A stretch of DNA of 32,000 bases from NCBI RefSeq assembly GCF_000341395.1, contig NC_020304.1:3360001-3392000 (forward strand). Reading direction: 5' to 3'. Made by a program: the position numbers and the translations under genes. Origin of the DNA: Desulfocapsa sulfexigens DSM 10523. GTDB lineage: Bacteria > Desulfobacterota > Desulfobulbia > Desulfobulbales > Desulfocapsaceae. Position 1 is the stretch's first letter, and every line of letters begins with the position of its first letter. A model generated the notes under the pieces. That model searched no databases, was not told the DNA's origin, and saw only the letters and a list, made by a program, of their open reading frames with translations. Below are positions 5,975 through 14,674 of the stretch, piece by piece.

Positions 5975-7978
5975 ATGAACCCTTTTCGAAGAAATGAGAT
6001 CCTTCTCGCGATAAATGAACTTGCTGCCTCCGAAGCCGTAGAAGCTACCGGGGCCGACAAGTTGCTGAGGAAGTGTTGTGAAATTATCATGCAAAATCAT
6101 GAATATTGCCTTATATGGGCTGGAATTCGTGATGAAGATGGCGCTGCGATAACCCCTCTGGCAGCACTTACTTCTGCCAACATTCCCGATAGAGACTGTA
6201 TGTATCTCGTTGAGCAGGTTATCACCGACATGAGTTCAAGCAACCCTGCTGCCGAAGCACTCGTGTCTGGAACTAAAGTCATAATTCAGGATGTTCGTTC
6301 AACCAAACACTACAATTCCCTTCGCGAAATCTCTTTGAAAACCGGTTTCAGATCATGTTCTTCCTGGCCTCTTCTCTATATGGGGAGAGAATTTGGTATT
6401 ATTAACATTCACTCCGAAAAGGTTGATTGTTTTACTGATGAGGAAATTTCGTTTTTACAGGCGGTCGTCTCTGATATCGCCCTGGCTCTTTATACTCAGG
6501 ATATGACCAGGCGGATTCAAATAGAACGGGATTTCAACAGAGAAATGGTAGATACAATGCAAGCGCTTCTTATCTCTATTTCTCCCTGCGGAAAAATTTT
6601 ATCCTTTAACCAGAAGGCAGAAGAGGTGACTGGATACACTGAAGAAGAGGTCATTGACCGCTACTGGGTTGATGTCTTGATGGCTGAAGAAAATCGTAAG
6701 GCAGACCAACAACTTCTCACCCATGTACTGAAAGGTGAGACAGAACAGATGAATTTCGAATCATGCCTGCTTACGAAAGACTGTCAAAAGCGGTTTATCA
6801 ACTGGCACGCCTCTTTTCGACAGAATCTCGAAAAAGGAAAACTTGGGCTTGTCCTGTTTGGAATCGACATTACTGGGCAACTCCAAGTTGACCATGATCT
6901 TAAGCAGGCAATTTCACAATGGGAAAATATTTTTTCCGCAATTCAGGATCCAGCCCTCATTGTCTCAAAAGACTCCGTTATTCTTGATGCCAATCTGGCA
7001 ACATTCACAGCTGCACGGAAAACGCGCCCGGATGTCATTGGTCATAAAATATGCGACATTCTCCACCTCGGTCGCTCAACAAATGCACCCTGCCCTCTGG
7101 AACAGTTTATTGCAAAAGGTAAAAGCAGGATTATTGAAACTGAACTAAGAGGACTCCACGGTAACTATCTTCTTACCATCAGTCCTTTAAATATGAATGA
7201 CGGTGAAGAGGAAGCAGCCCTTCTTGTTGCCAGAGATTTAACAGAGGAAGAACTGATGAAGGCAGAAGCCATGCGCGCAGCTCAACTCGCCTCAGTGGGT
7301 GAGCTTGCAGCAGGTGTTGCCCATGAAATCAATAATCCCATAAATGGAATTATCAATTATGCCCAAATCATCCTCGACGACCCCGATGATCCAGACAATA
7401 GAGATCTGCTGGTACGAATAAAAAAAGAAGGAAAACGTATAGCATCGATAGTTTCGAATCTTCTCGATTTCTCAAGACGTGGTGAGGAATCGCCAGAAGA
7501 AGTTGCTATCCAAAGCATACTCAACAAGAGCCTGGAGCTTGTCAGTCACCGCTTTAACAACGATATGATACTTCTGGACATGCAACTCCCTGAAAACCTC
7601 CCTCTGGTTTACTGTAATTCTCAACAGATTCAACAGGTTTTCCTCAACATTCTCTCAAATGCCCGCTATGCCCTGAACGAAAAATTTCCAGGGCCAGATC
7701 CCAACAAGATCCTGACTGTTCGTGGTGAGACGATAATGCATGCAAAGGCCACTTATGTTCGTATTACCATAACAGATAACGGTTCTGGAATTGAACAGGA
7801 TTTAATCGATCGGGTTTTTGATCCATTTTACTCGAGTAAACCCAAAGGTGAAGGTACCGGTCTTGGCCTCTCCATCAGTCATGGACTCATTCAGGACAAC
7901 AAAGGATACCTCAGAATAGCCAGTGAACTCGGATCTTCAACATCCCTACTTGTTGATTTACCTATTTCTTCAAACTAA
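5975..7978 (+). CDS. Soluble GAF-PAS-PAS sensor histidine kinase (canonical catalytic core)
   Basis: No TM segments. The N-terminal ~170 aa are GAF-like and are followed by two PAS-like regions. H-box AHEINNPINGIINYAQ (His450, nt 7322-7324), N-box NILSNARYAL, G1 DNGSGI, F-box FDPFYS, G2 GEGTGLGLSIS. Confidence 0.9.
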   Translation: MNPFRRNEILLAINELAASEAVEATGADKLLRKCCEIIMQNHEYCLIWAGIRDEDGAAITPLAALTSANIPDRDCMYLVEQVITDMSSSNPAAEALVSGTKVIIQDVRSTKHYNSLREISLKTGFRSCSSWPLLYMGREFGIINIHSEKVDCFTDEEISFLQAVVSDIALALYTQDMTRRIQIERDFNREMVDTMQALLISISPCGKILSFNQKAEEVTGYTEEEVIDRYWVDVLMAEENRKADQQLLTHVLKGETEQMNFESCLLTKDCQKRFINWHASFRQNLEKGKLGLVLFGIDITGQLQVDHDLKQAISQWENIFSAIQDPALIVSKDSVILDANLATFTAARKTRPDVIGHKICDILHLGRSTNAPCPLEQFIAKGKSRIIETELRGLHGNYLLTISPLNMNDGEEEAALLVARDLTEEELMKAEAMRAAQLASVGELAAGVAHEINNPINGIINYAQIILDDPDDPDNRDLLVRIKKEGKRIASIVSNLLDFSRRGEESPEEVAIQSILNKSLELVSHRFNNDMILLDMQLPENLPLVYCNSQQIQQVFLNILSNARYALNEKFPGPDPNKILTVRGETIMHAKATYVRITITDNGSGIEQDLIDRVFDPFYSSKPKGEGTGLGLSISHGLIQDNKGYLRIASELGSSTSLLVDLPISSN

Positions 7979-7988
7979 GGAGTACCTG

Positions 7989-9110
7989 ATGAACAAAAAC
8001 TACCGAATTCCACTCCTGCTCTCAATTATGTTCTTATCGGTTGCCACTGTTTTGTATTTTTTTGATTTACGGATTTCTAACAGCTGCTCGACTGTTAACT
8101 ACATCCCTTACAATATCTGGTCCTTAGTTATTCTTTTTTTCCTATACGTCATTACAATTTTTCTTTTTTGGCGTGAATCAAAGATATTTAAAAGGAAAGA
8201 GGTAACCCTTCAGAAGAATCTAAAAATGGCTACTGACTCTTTAAATGATGTTCAGTCATCCTTGGATGATGCTGTCGAGAAAAAAACATTTGAAATGTCG
8301 GTCATCAATGGATCGCTTAACCGGGAAATTGCCGAACGAATTCAAGCAGAAGCCGAAGGCCTTAAACTGCGAAAACGACTCCACACTATTCTCGACTCTG
8401 CAGGAGATGGCATCTTTGGGATAGATCTCGAAGGAAAAGTAACTTTTGTTAACCTTAAAGCCACGGAATTACTCGGTTGGACAAGGGAAGAACTAATAGG
8501 CACATCACACCACGACCTGGTCCATCACACCCGCAGCAATGGCCAGGATTTTCCTGTTGAAGAGTGTCCAATTTATATGGCCTACAAGGATGGACAGATG
8601 CACTTTGAAAAGAACGACGTTTTCTGGAAAAAGTCGGGTGACAACTTTATGGTCGAATACACCTCAACACCACTTCTCGATAACGGTCAGATATCAGGTG
8701 CTGTTGTGGTTTTCAAAGACATATCAAGAACGAAGAGACTCGAACGGCAACTTGATTTGATCGTTAACTCCGCAGGAGAAGGAATTTTTGGACTCGACAC
8801 TAATGGCAATGTAACCTTCATGAACAAGGCAGCATCCATTATGCTCGGGTGGGAGATGAAGGAATTGATCGGTAAATCACATCATCAACTGGTCCACCAC
8901 AGCCATGCGGACGGAACAAAATACCAGGAGTCCGATTGTCCTATTTTCATGGCCTGTAAGGATGGACAGGTACATTTCAAATCAGACGATCTTTTCTGGA
9001 CAAAAGACGGAAGCAGCTTTCCGGTAGAGTATACTTCCACCCCTATCATTGAGGGTAAAACACTTACTGGCGCAGTAGTTGTATTCAGAGATTTAACAAC
9101 CTTTGCATGA
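7989..9110 (+). CDS. Membrane-anchored tandem-PAS protein with no output domain
   Basis: AAGGAG (7977-7982) lies 6 nt before ATG 7989, so the ORF-track start at 7923 would overlap the kinase gene and is rejected. There are two TM helices, a coiled-coil linker, then two ~50% identical PAS repeats (SAGDGIFGIDLEG...VVVFKDIS and SAGEGIFGLDTNG...VVVFRDLT). Each repeat carries SHHxLVHH-x3-(N/D)G-x7-CPI. The protein ends 6 residues after the second PAS. Confidence 0.88.
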   Translation: MNKNYRIPLLLSIMFLSVATVLYFFDLRISNSCSTVNYIPYNIWSLVILFFLYVITIFLFWRESKIFKRKEVTLQKNLKMATDSLNDVQSSLDDAVEKKTFEMSVINGSLNREIAERIQAEAEGLKLRKRLHTILDSAGDGIFGIDLEGKVTFVNLKATELLGWTREELIGTSHHDLVHHTRSNGQDFPVEECPIYMAYKDGQMHFEKNDVFWKKSGDNFMVEYTSTPLLDNGQISGAVVVFKDISRTKRLERQLDLIVNSAGEGIFGLDTNGNVTFMNKAASIMLGWEMKELIGKSHHQLVHHSHADGTKYQESDCPIFMACKDGQVHFKSDDLFWTKDGSSFPVEYTSTPIIEGKTLTGAVVVFRDLTTFA

Positions 9111-9161
9111 TAACAGGGCAGATAACACTTTGGGTACAGAAAAAAAATAACAGGAGCAGCA

Positions 9162-10979
9162 ATGGAAAATAATCCTGCAGTTGAAATACCGATCCTTGTC
9201 GTAGATGACGAAGAATCTCTGCGCCACACCTTTAAGATTTTTCTAAAACGTGAAGGCTATGGCCCAATTATACTCGCATCTAATTTCGAGGAAGCCGTAG
9301 GAGAACTGACAACCCGATCTTTTGATCTGGTAATCAGTGATATCGTCCTTGGCGGAAATTCAGGCATTGACCTTCTAAAACGAATAAGAGAACTGAATAT
9401 CACCTGCCCTGTCATAATGGTAACAGGATATCCACATGTCGATACTGCTTCAGAAGCTTTACGTTTTGGTGCCTTTGACTATATCCAGAAACCGGTAGAG
9501 AAAGATCAACTACTAAAGACGTCGCGGCTGGCCTTACAGCAATATAAACTTCAGCACGAGAAACAGAAAGCCGAAGAAGAAAAAGATCACTATCGAGCCT
9601 ACCTTGACACATTACTTAGAAGCGTTTCAGACAGTATCATCACAATAGACCAGGATCTGAACATTATTAAAATGAATCAGGCTGCTCGGTCTTTCTTCAG
9701 CCCCCTGAACCCCGCAATAAATGAGGGAGGCAATCTCTCAGTTGCGTGTGCTGATAAAAACAGCTGCTTCTTTAAAGAGGATGCTGAAAAAGTCCTGCGA
9801 TCAGGCATTGAAATCAAGGAGCACCGAATCGAATTCACAACTGAAACGATGGATCGAAAGGTTATAAGCATATGCATATCCCCTCTTGAAGATGGTCGTG
9901 GTAGCTTTCATGGCGTTGTCATCGTTATTCGTGATATGACATGTTTAATAGAGTCGGCAAGTTCCAAATTGCGTAGTTCCTTTCATCGAATGATCGGGGC
10001 AAGCCCGGCCATGCAGACTGTCTACACGATGATAGAAAATGTTGGGAAAGTTGATTCAGCAGTACTTATTACCGGAGAAAGTGGAACCGGAAAAGAACTT
10101 GCAACAGAAGCTCTGCACCTTGAAAGTCATCGTAAAAACAGACCACTCGTCAAGGTTGACTGTACGGCTATTCCCGAAAATCTCCTCGAAAGTGAACTTT
10201 TTGGTCATAAAAAAGGCTCGTTTACTGGCGCAGATCAGGATCGAATGGGAAGAATCCTTCAAGCCGATGGTGGCACACTCTTTCTCGACGAAATAGGTGA
10301 CATTCCTCCTATGATGCAACTGCGCCTCTTGCGATTCCTCCAGGAAAAAACCTTTTATCCAGTTGGTCGCGACACTTCCATTCAGGTGGATGTGAGAATT
10401 ATAGCCGCCACTAATGTAAATTTGCGGGAGAAGGTCCAACAGGGGAAATTTAGAGAGGATCTCTATTTTCGATTGAGAGTTATTGATATCATTCTGCCAC
10501 CTCTTCGAGAACGTGCCGGTGATATTCCGCTACTGGCAAATAATTTCATCCAACACTATTCCCGGAAAATGGGGAAGCCGGTATCTGGTATTTCAGATCA
10601 GGCTATGACATTGCTGACAAACTACACATGGCCTGGAAATATCAGAGAACTGGAACATGTTATTGAACGATCATGCGTGCTCTGCAATGGCTCGACGATT
10701 GCGAGTGAACAGCTTCCCATTGAAATTCAGAATCAAACAACTTTTCAGGACACTACAACCAGTTCACCACTACGACAGGGTGGCGAACTGCAGCATTCTG
10801 AAAAACCATTGTTTTCAGATCCTTTCCAGGGCAACAGTCCAGAAAGTAGAATCATTGCAGCACTGAAAAAAAGTGGTGGCAATAAGGCAAAAGCAGCCAG
10901 ACTGCTGTCCATTGATCGTTCAACCCTTTATCGAAAATTACGAGAAATGAAGATTGACCTTAGCACCTTCGACCTCTAA
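9162..10979 (+). CDS. Sigma-54-dependent response regulator (REC-PAS-AAA+-Fis HTH enhancer-binding protein)
   Basis: AGGAG RBS. REC domain with VVDDEES, phospho-Asp in LVISDIVL, and IQKP. A PAS-like middle region follows. Walker A GESGTGKE, sigma-54 contact loop GSFTGA (a variant of GAFTGA), Walker B LFLDEIG, C-terminal HTH RSTLYRKLRE. Confidence 0.93.
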   Translation: MENNPAVEIPILVVDDEESLRHTFKIFLKREGYGPIILASNFEEAVGELTTRSFDLVISDIVLGGNSGIDLLKRIRELNITCPVIMVTGYPHVDTASEALRFGAFDYIQKPVEKDQLLKTSRLALQQYKLQHEKQKAEEEKDHYRAYLDTLLRSVSDSIITIDQDLNIIKMNQAARSFFSPLNPAINEGGNLSVACADKNSCFFKEDAEKVLRSGIEIKEHRIEFTTETMDRKVISICISPLEDGRGSFHGVVIVIRDMTCLIESASSKLRSSFHRMIGASPAMQTVYTMIENVGKVDSAVLITGESGTGKELATEALHLESHRKNRPLVKVDCTAIPENLLESELFGHKKGSFTGADQDRMGRILQADGGTLFLDEIGDIPPMMQLRLLRFLQEKTFYPVGRDTSIQVDVRIIAATNVNLREKVQQGKFREDLYFRLRVIDIILPPLRERAGDIPLLANNFIQHYSRKMGKPVSGISDQAMTLLTNYTWPGNIRELEHVIERSCVLCNGSTIASEQLPIEIQNQTTFQDTTTSSPLRQGGELQHSEKPLFSDPFQGNSPESRIIAALKKSGGNKAKAARLLSIDRSTLYRKLREMKIDLSTFDL

Positions 10980-10993
10980 CCCCCACTGCCACT

Positions 10994-11023
10994 GCTACAC
11001 TTCTGTGGAATCAGAAGTGTAGC
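10994..11023. promoter_or_regulatory. Perfect 12-bp inverted repeat (two head-to-head copies of the 16-mer motif core); candidate enhancer (UAS)
   Basis: gctacacttctg (10994-11005), tggaat, cagaagtgtagc (11012-11023). No U-tract follows, so it is a poor intrinsic terminator. It lies about 225-250 bp upstream of the -24 element of P2. Confidence 0.5.
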
Positions 11024-11027
11024 ACAT

Positions 11028-11043
11028 GCCACACTTATGTGGT
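11028..11043 (+). promoter_or_regulatory. 16-mer palindromic motif copy (GCCACACTTATGTGGT)
   Basis: It matches copy A at 5858-5873 at 14/16. It starts 5 nt after the 10994-11023 palindrome. Confidence 0.5.
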
Positions 11044-11191
11044 GCGACCTTTCCTCAGCCACCACCCCTACCTAGACGCACTCAACATCCTGTATTTATA
11101 TGTTTTTCTCACCCACGGTGCGCATAAGAATTCATTTAATTGATATTATTCTTAAATAGAATCGAAGCAAACACATTCTAAACAAACCTAA

Positions 11192-11238
11192 ATATATTGT
11201 GTATATTCATATTGTTACAAATAAATATACACATATAT
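11192..11238. promoter_or_regulatory. AT-rich 16-bp inverted repeat abutting P2 (candidate IHF/bending or operator site)
   Basis: atatattgtgtatatt (11192-11207) and aatatacacatatat (11224-11238) are reverse complements apart from a 1-nt gap. The repeat ends 7 nt before the TGGCAC of P2. Confidence 0.4.
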
Positions 11239-11244
11239 CCCCAA

Positions 11245-11260
11245 TGGCACCGTATGTGCA
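11245..11260 (+). promoter_or_regulatory. Sigma-54 (-24/-12) promoter, P2
   Basis: The sequence is TGGCACcgtatgTGCA. GG at 11246-11247 and GC at 11258-11259 are separated by exactly 10 nt. It lies about 47 nt upstream of ATG 11307. Confidence 0.7.
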
Positions 11261-11306
11261 ATAACTCAAGCTAAAGTGGATAAGTCAGCTCTTTCAAGGA
11301 GAACTC

Positions 11307-12212
11307 ATGCAGGCCATACATTTTCACATAGAAAGCTTTCCCAAGACTCTTGATGAGTTCAAGAGGCTTTTTAATAATGAAGAGAAAAGTCTGCGTTTTC
11401 TCTTTTCAAAAAGATGGCCTAACGGTTTCGAGTGCCCTTACTGCAACTGGCTTGATGACAACCTTATACCAACCAAGACTAGAACATGCGGTCATTGTGG
11501 TCACCCAACCTCAATTACCACCAACACAATCATGCATGGAACCAAAAAGCCACTTTCACAATGGCTTATCTCCATATACTGGCTCACATCGACAGCAGGC
11601 GGAAACAGTGCTAAAGATTTGCAGCGTCTGCTGAAACTTTCAAGCTACCAGACTGCATGGACATGGCTGCAAAAGCTGCGCATGGCCATGGCCATCGCAG
11701 ACAAAAAACGGTGTAGCAAAACAGTAGAGATTTCTTCCGATACCATTTCCCTAGGTGGCGAAGCCCACAATAAACCTCTTATTCTGGCCGCTGCTGAGAT
11801 AGTCCTTCCTGCCGGAATTACAGGGAGAATAAAAATGGCAACAATTAGCTCTTTTAACTCGGAAACCGTCAACTCCTTTCTTGAGCAACATGTTGCGCCT
11901 GGTGCCTCTCTTATCACACCAGAAGATACGCAATACAAACTCATTACTGGCAACAATTTCGTGACAATTACAGACCCTGCAATTTACCGAACTAAACAAA
12001 TAATCAAAAGTTTTGAGATCTGGATCAATAAGATTCACCGAGGTGGAGTTGCAGCAAAACACCTGCAACTTTATCTCGACGAGTTTTGTTTTCGACGCAA
12101 TGCTGAAATGCTGCCGGACAGAGAAGCAATATTTAACCTTCTTCTTTCAGGCGTAATCAGTAAAAAATCGCTCTCCTACAAAAGCATCATTTCGCAATCC
12201 ACAACGGAGTAG
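11307..12212 (+). CDS. IS1595-family transposase-like protein (N-terminal Zn-ribbon plus ISXO2-like domain), with no detectable IS ends
   Basis: AAGGAG RBS. Zn-ribbon RWPNGFECPYCNW...CGHCGH. VEISSDTISLGG resembles the first-Asp block vEvDEtyiGG, and the C-terminal KHLQLYLDEFCFRRN is the family signature. By eye, the second catalytic Asp position is Pro (LITPEDTQY), and the region before the Glu block is short. The stop lies 3 nt before the ftsH ATG. Confidence 0.7.
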   Translation: MQAIHFHIESFPKTLDEFKRLFNNEEKSLRFLFSKRWPNGFECPYCNWLDDNLIPTKTRTCGHCGHPTSITTNTIMHGTKKPLSQWLISIYWLTSTAGGNSAKDLQRLLKLSSYQTAWTWLQKLRMAMAIADKKRCSKTVEISSDTISLGGEAHNKPLILAAAEIVLPAGITGRIKMATISSFNSETVNSFLEQHVAPGASLITPEDTQYKLITGNNFVTITDPAIYRTKQIIKSFEIWINKIHRGGVAAKHLQLYLDEFCFRRNAEMLPDREAIFNLLLSGVISKKSLSYKSIISQSTTE

Positions 12213-12215
12213 AAT

Positions 12216-14039
12216 ATGTCTCAAATCCAGACAGGATTATTGGTCCTTCTTCTTACTTTCCTTGGTGTTGTTGGATACAACGTCTATCTTCACGAAACTA
12301 CTCCCAATGATATTTCGTACACCGAGTTCGTAGAACTGCTTGAAGACGGTAAAATAAAAGATATACACCTCAAGGGTGGTGTCGTTACTGGTACAGACCT
12401 GACCCTCCATGAGTTCAGCTCTTTTATTGTTGACCTCCCTTCCATTCTCCCCCTAATTGAACGTCAGGGAGTAACAATCACAGCAGAAAAGGATAGTGAG
12501 ACTCTCAGCGGCTTTATGCAATCAATGGTTCCAGTCTTTCTTATTCTTGGCGGTTATCTTATTTTTTCAAGAATGCAGAAAGGTGATAAAGGTGGATTCG
12601 GAAAAAACAAAAGCCGCTCTTTTCACCCTAAAAAGAATACAGGAGTCACTTTTGACGACGTAGCTGGTATCAGTGAAGCCAGAACTGAGCTCGTTGAGAT
12701 TGTAGACTCATTAAAAAATCCTGAAAAATTCTCAAGGCTTGGCGGATATGTGCCAAAGGGAGTTCTCCTCCAGGGCCCTCCAGGAACCGGAAAAACTCTC
12801 CTTGCCAAGGCAATAGCCGGGGAAGCCTTAGTCCCCTTTTATTCCATTGGCGGATCCGATTTTGTTGAAATGTTTGTTGGTGTTGGGGCGTCACGGGTTC
12901 GGGAGCTTTTTACCGAAGCCAAAAAGAATTCACCATGCATCATATTTATAGATGAAATTGATGCCATAGGCGGAAAACGAAGTGGCGGAAATGCTACCGG
13001 ATCAAACGACGAACGTGAACAGACATTGAATGCGCTGCTGGTCGAGATGGATGGATTCGATTCTAACGAAACCGTTATCATCATTGGGGCAACAAACCGT
13101 CCTGACATGCTTGATCCTGCACTTTTAAGGCCCGGACGTTTTGATCGCCAGGTAACTATATCATTGCCGGATGTAAAGGGACGCCGCAACATTCTTGAGG
13201 TCTATGCAAAAAAAATAGTTATGTCTCCCAGTGTCAATCTGTCAGAGATTGCGCGATCAATCCCAGGGTTCAGTGGTGCTGAAATTGCCAACCTCGTCAA
13301 TGAGGCTGCTCTAACTGCAGCCCGTTACAACAAAAAGGCTGTTGAAACATCAGATTTTGATGAGGCAAAAGACAAGATAAGTCTCGGTCTCGAACGTAAA
13401 AATGTTGTCATCAATGAAAAAGACCGCAGGGTCACAGCATATCATGAAGCTGGCCATGCGATTACAGCAAAACTTTTGCCCGACACCGATCCCGTACACA
13501 AGATATCCATTATTCCTCGTGGGCAAGCCCTTGGCCTTACCCAGCAATTGCCTCTTGCTGATAAACACACCTACTCTCGTGACTATCTCCTTAACAGAAT
13601 CAAAATACTCATGGGTGGCAGAATAGCAGAGGAAATAATTTTTGATCATCAAACTACAGGTGCCAGCAATGATCTCGTTGGAGCAACTGAGATTGCCAGT
13701 CGTTTTGTCTGTGAATTCGGCATGAGTTCAACTATTGGCCCAATCGCCTACATGCAGGAACAGGGTGGTTTTCTAGGCGGAACAAGCACGATGAAACCCT
13801 ACAGCGAAAAAACTGCAGAACGCATCGATAATGAAATCAAAAGGGTTATTGAACAATGCTATGTGGAAACAACAGAACTTCTGACTCAGAACAGTAAATT
13901 TCTCCACAAACTCGCTGAGGCCCTTCTTGTCAACGAAACCGTGGATGGTGAAGAATTCGATATCGTCCATAACTGTTATATAAACGAAAAAAATATTGAA
14001 AAAAATTTAAAGAATAAACGCAAGGAGGAACGGCTTTAA
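12216..14039 (+). CDS. ftsH: ATP-dependent zinc metalloprotease FtsH, paralog 2 (complete)
   Basis: 607 aa with two N-terminal TM helices flanking a ~75-aa loop. Walker A GPPGTGKT, Walker [38 protein letters not shown]. The RBS ACGGAG lies inside the preceding ORF. Confidence 0.95.
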   Translation: MSQIQTGLLVLLLTFLGVVGYNVYLHETTPNDISYTEFVELLEDGKIKDIHLKGGVVTGTDLTLHEFSSFIVDLPSILPLIERQGVTITAEKDSETLSGFMQSMVPVFLILGGYLIFSRMQKGDKGGFGKNKSRSFHPKKNTGVTFDDVAGISEARTELVEIVDSLKNPEKFSRLGGYVPKGVLLQGPPGTGKTLLAKAIAGEALVPFYSIGGSDFVEMFVGVGASRVRELFTEAKKNSPCIIFIDEIDAIGGKRSGGNATGSNDEREQTLNALLVEMDGFDSNETVIIIGATNRPDMLDPALLRPGRFDRQVTISLPDVKGRRNILEVYAKKIVMSPSVNLSEIARSIPGFSGAEIANLVNEAALTAARYNKKAVETSDFDEAKDKISLGLERKNVVINEKDRRVTAYHEAGHAITAKLLPDTDPVHKISIIPRGQALGLTQQLPLADKHTYSRDYLLNRIKILMGGRIAEEIIFDHQTTGASNDLVGATEIASRFVCEFGMSSTIGPIAYMQEQGGFLGGTSTMKPYSEKTAERIDNEIKRVIEQCYVETTELLTQNSKFLHKLAEALLVNETVDGEEFDIVHNCYINEKNIEKNLKNKRKEERL

Positions 14040-14098
14040 AAATGAAATGATTACAGGATCACCCTGAAGTTTTGATTCATTAAAAAGGAGGAAATTTA

Positions 14099-14635
14099 AT
14101 GCGAACACGAAAGAAAATCATGAGGACAGCGTTAGCGCTTACCGTTGGTTCCTTTATGATAACACCCATCACAGCGTGGTCAATGGAGGCGTCCGATGCT
14201 CCAGAAACTGTCACCATCGACAGTATGAGTAAGTTGTACGGGCCGGTGGAATTTGATCATAGTATGCACGTTGGATACGCCAGTTGTCAGGAATGCCATC
14301 ATCACACAACCGGTGAAGTTGTAGCTGACCCGAACTGTGCCCGCTGTCACAACAGCGCAGATGAAAATGATGTTGTCAGCTGCAGTGAGTGTCATGAAGC
14401 TAACAGGTTTAACGAAAAATATCTTAAAACCCTTGAAGACCCAAAGCTTTACCACATTGACAAGCCTGGTCTGAAAGGTGCGTACCACCTCAATTGTGTT
14501 GGGTGCCATACCATCACATCTGGACCAACTGGATGTGTAGATTGTCATGCCATGACAGAGGATGGAGAGAAGATGTTTAATACGGGAGCTTTTGCCCCTG
14601 CTAAAGGAACATCATCCTCTGGTCAGAAACATTGA
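14099..14635 (+). CDS. Periplasmic cytochrome c3-family multiheme cytochrome (five CxxCH motifs)
   Basis: AAGGAGG RBS and a signal peptide. VEFDHSMHVGYASCQECHHH is a typical c3 heme-1 block. Motifs: CQECH, CARCH, CSECH, CVGCH, CVDCH. Confidence 0.9.
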   Translation: MRTRKKIMRTALALTVGSFMITPITAWSMEASDAPETVTIDSMSKLYGPVEFDHSMHVGYASCQECHHHTTGEVVADPNCARCHNSADENDVVSCSECHEANRFNEKYLKTLEDPKLYHIDKPGLKGAYHLNCVGCHTITSGPTGCVDCHAMTEDGEKMFNTGAFAPAKGTSSSGQKH

Positions 14636-14674
14636 TCAGAACATCCAGTGACCAGTTTTATGAGAGGAAAAAAA

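Noticed and set aside
5786-6100. 104-aa minus-strand ORF spanning the intergenic region and the 5' end of the kinase gene
   Set aside because: It overlaps the sigma-54 promoter, the leader hairpins and the kinase start. It has no RBS or recognisable domain.
7923-7988. Upstream extension of the tandem-PAS ORF (track start 7923)
   Set aside because: It would overlap the kinase gene by 56 nt and add a non-hydrophobic, odd N-terminus. ATG 7989 has a consensus AAGGAG 6 nt upstream and starts right at the first TM helix.
10994-11023. The perfect 12-bp hairpin as the intrinsic terminator of the EBP gene
   Set aside because: No U-tract follows (acatgcc), and its half-site recurs as a motif at 5858 and 11028. 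A protein-binding palindrome is more likely, although some termination cannot be excluded.
10980-12260. An intact, mobile IS1595-family insertion sequence
   Set aside because: I found no terminal inverted repeats or direct target repeats by eye. The 3-nt gap to ftsH and the promoter placement argue against a discrete element, so only a transposase-like CDS is reported.
14648-14674. GTG 14648 (or ATG 14660) as the start of the FeS subunit
   Set aside because: ATG 14675 is preceded by GAGAGGA at ideal spacing and yields a canonical Tat signal, MKKLFSRRNFLKG. The upstream starts remain possible but are less likely.
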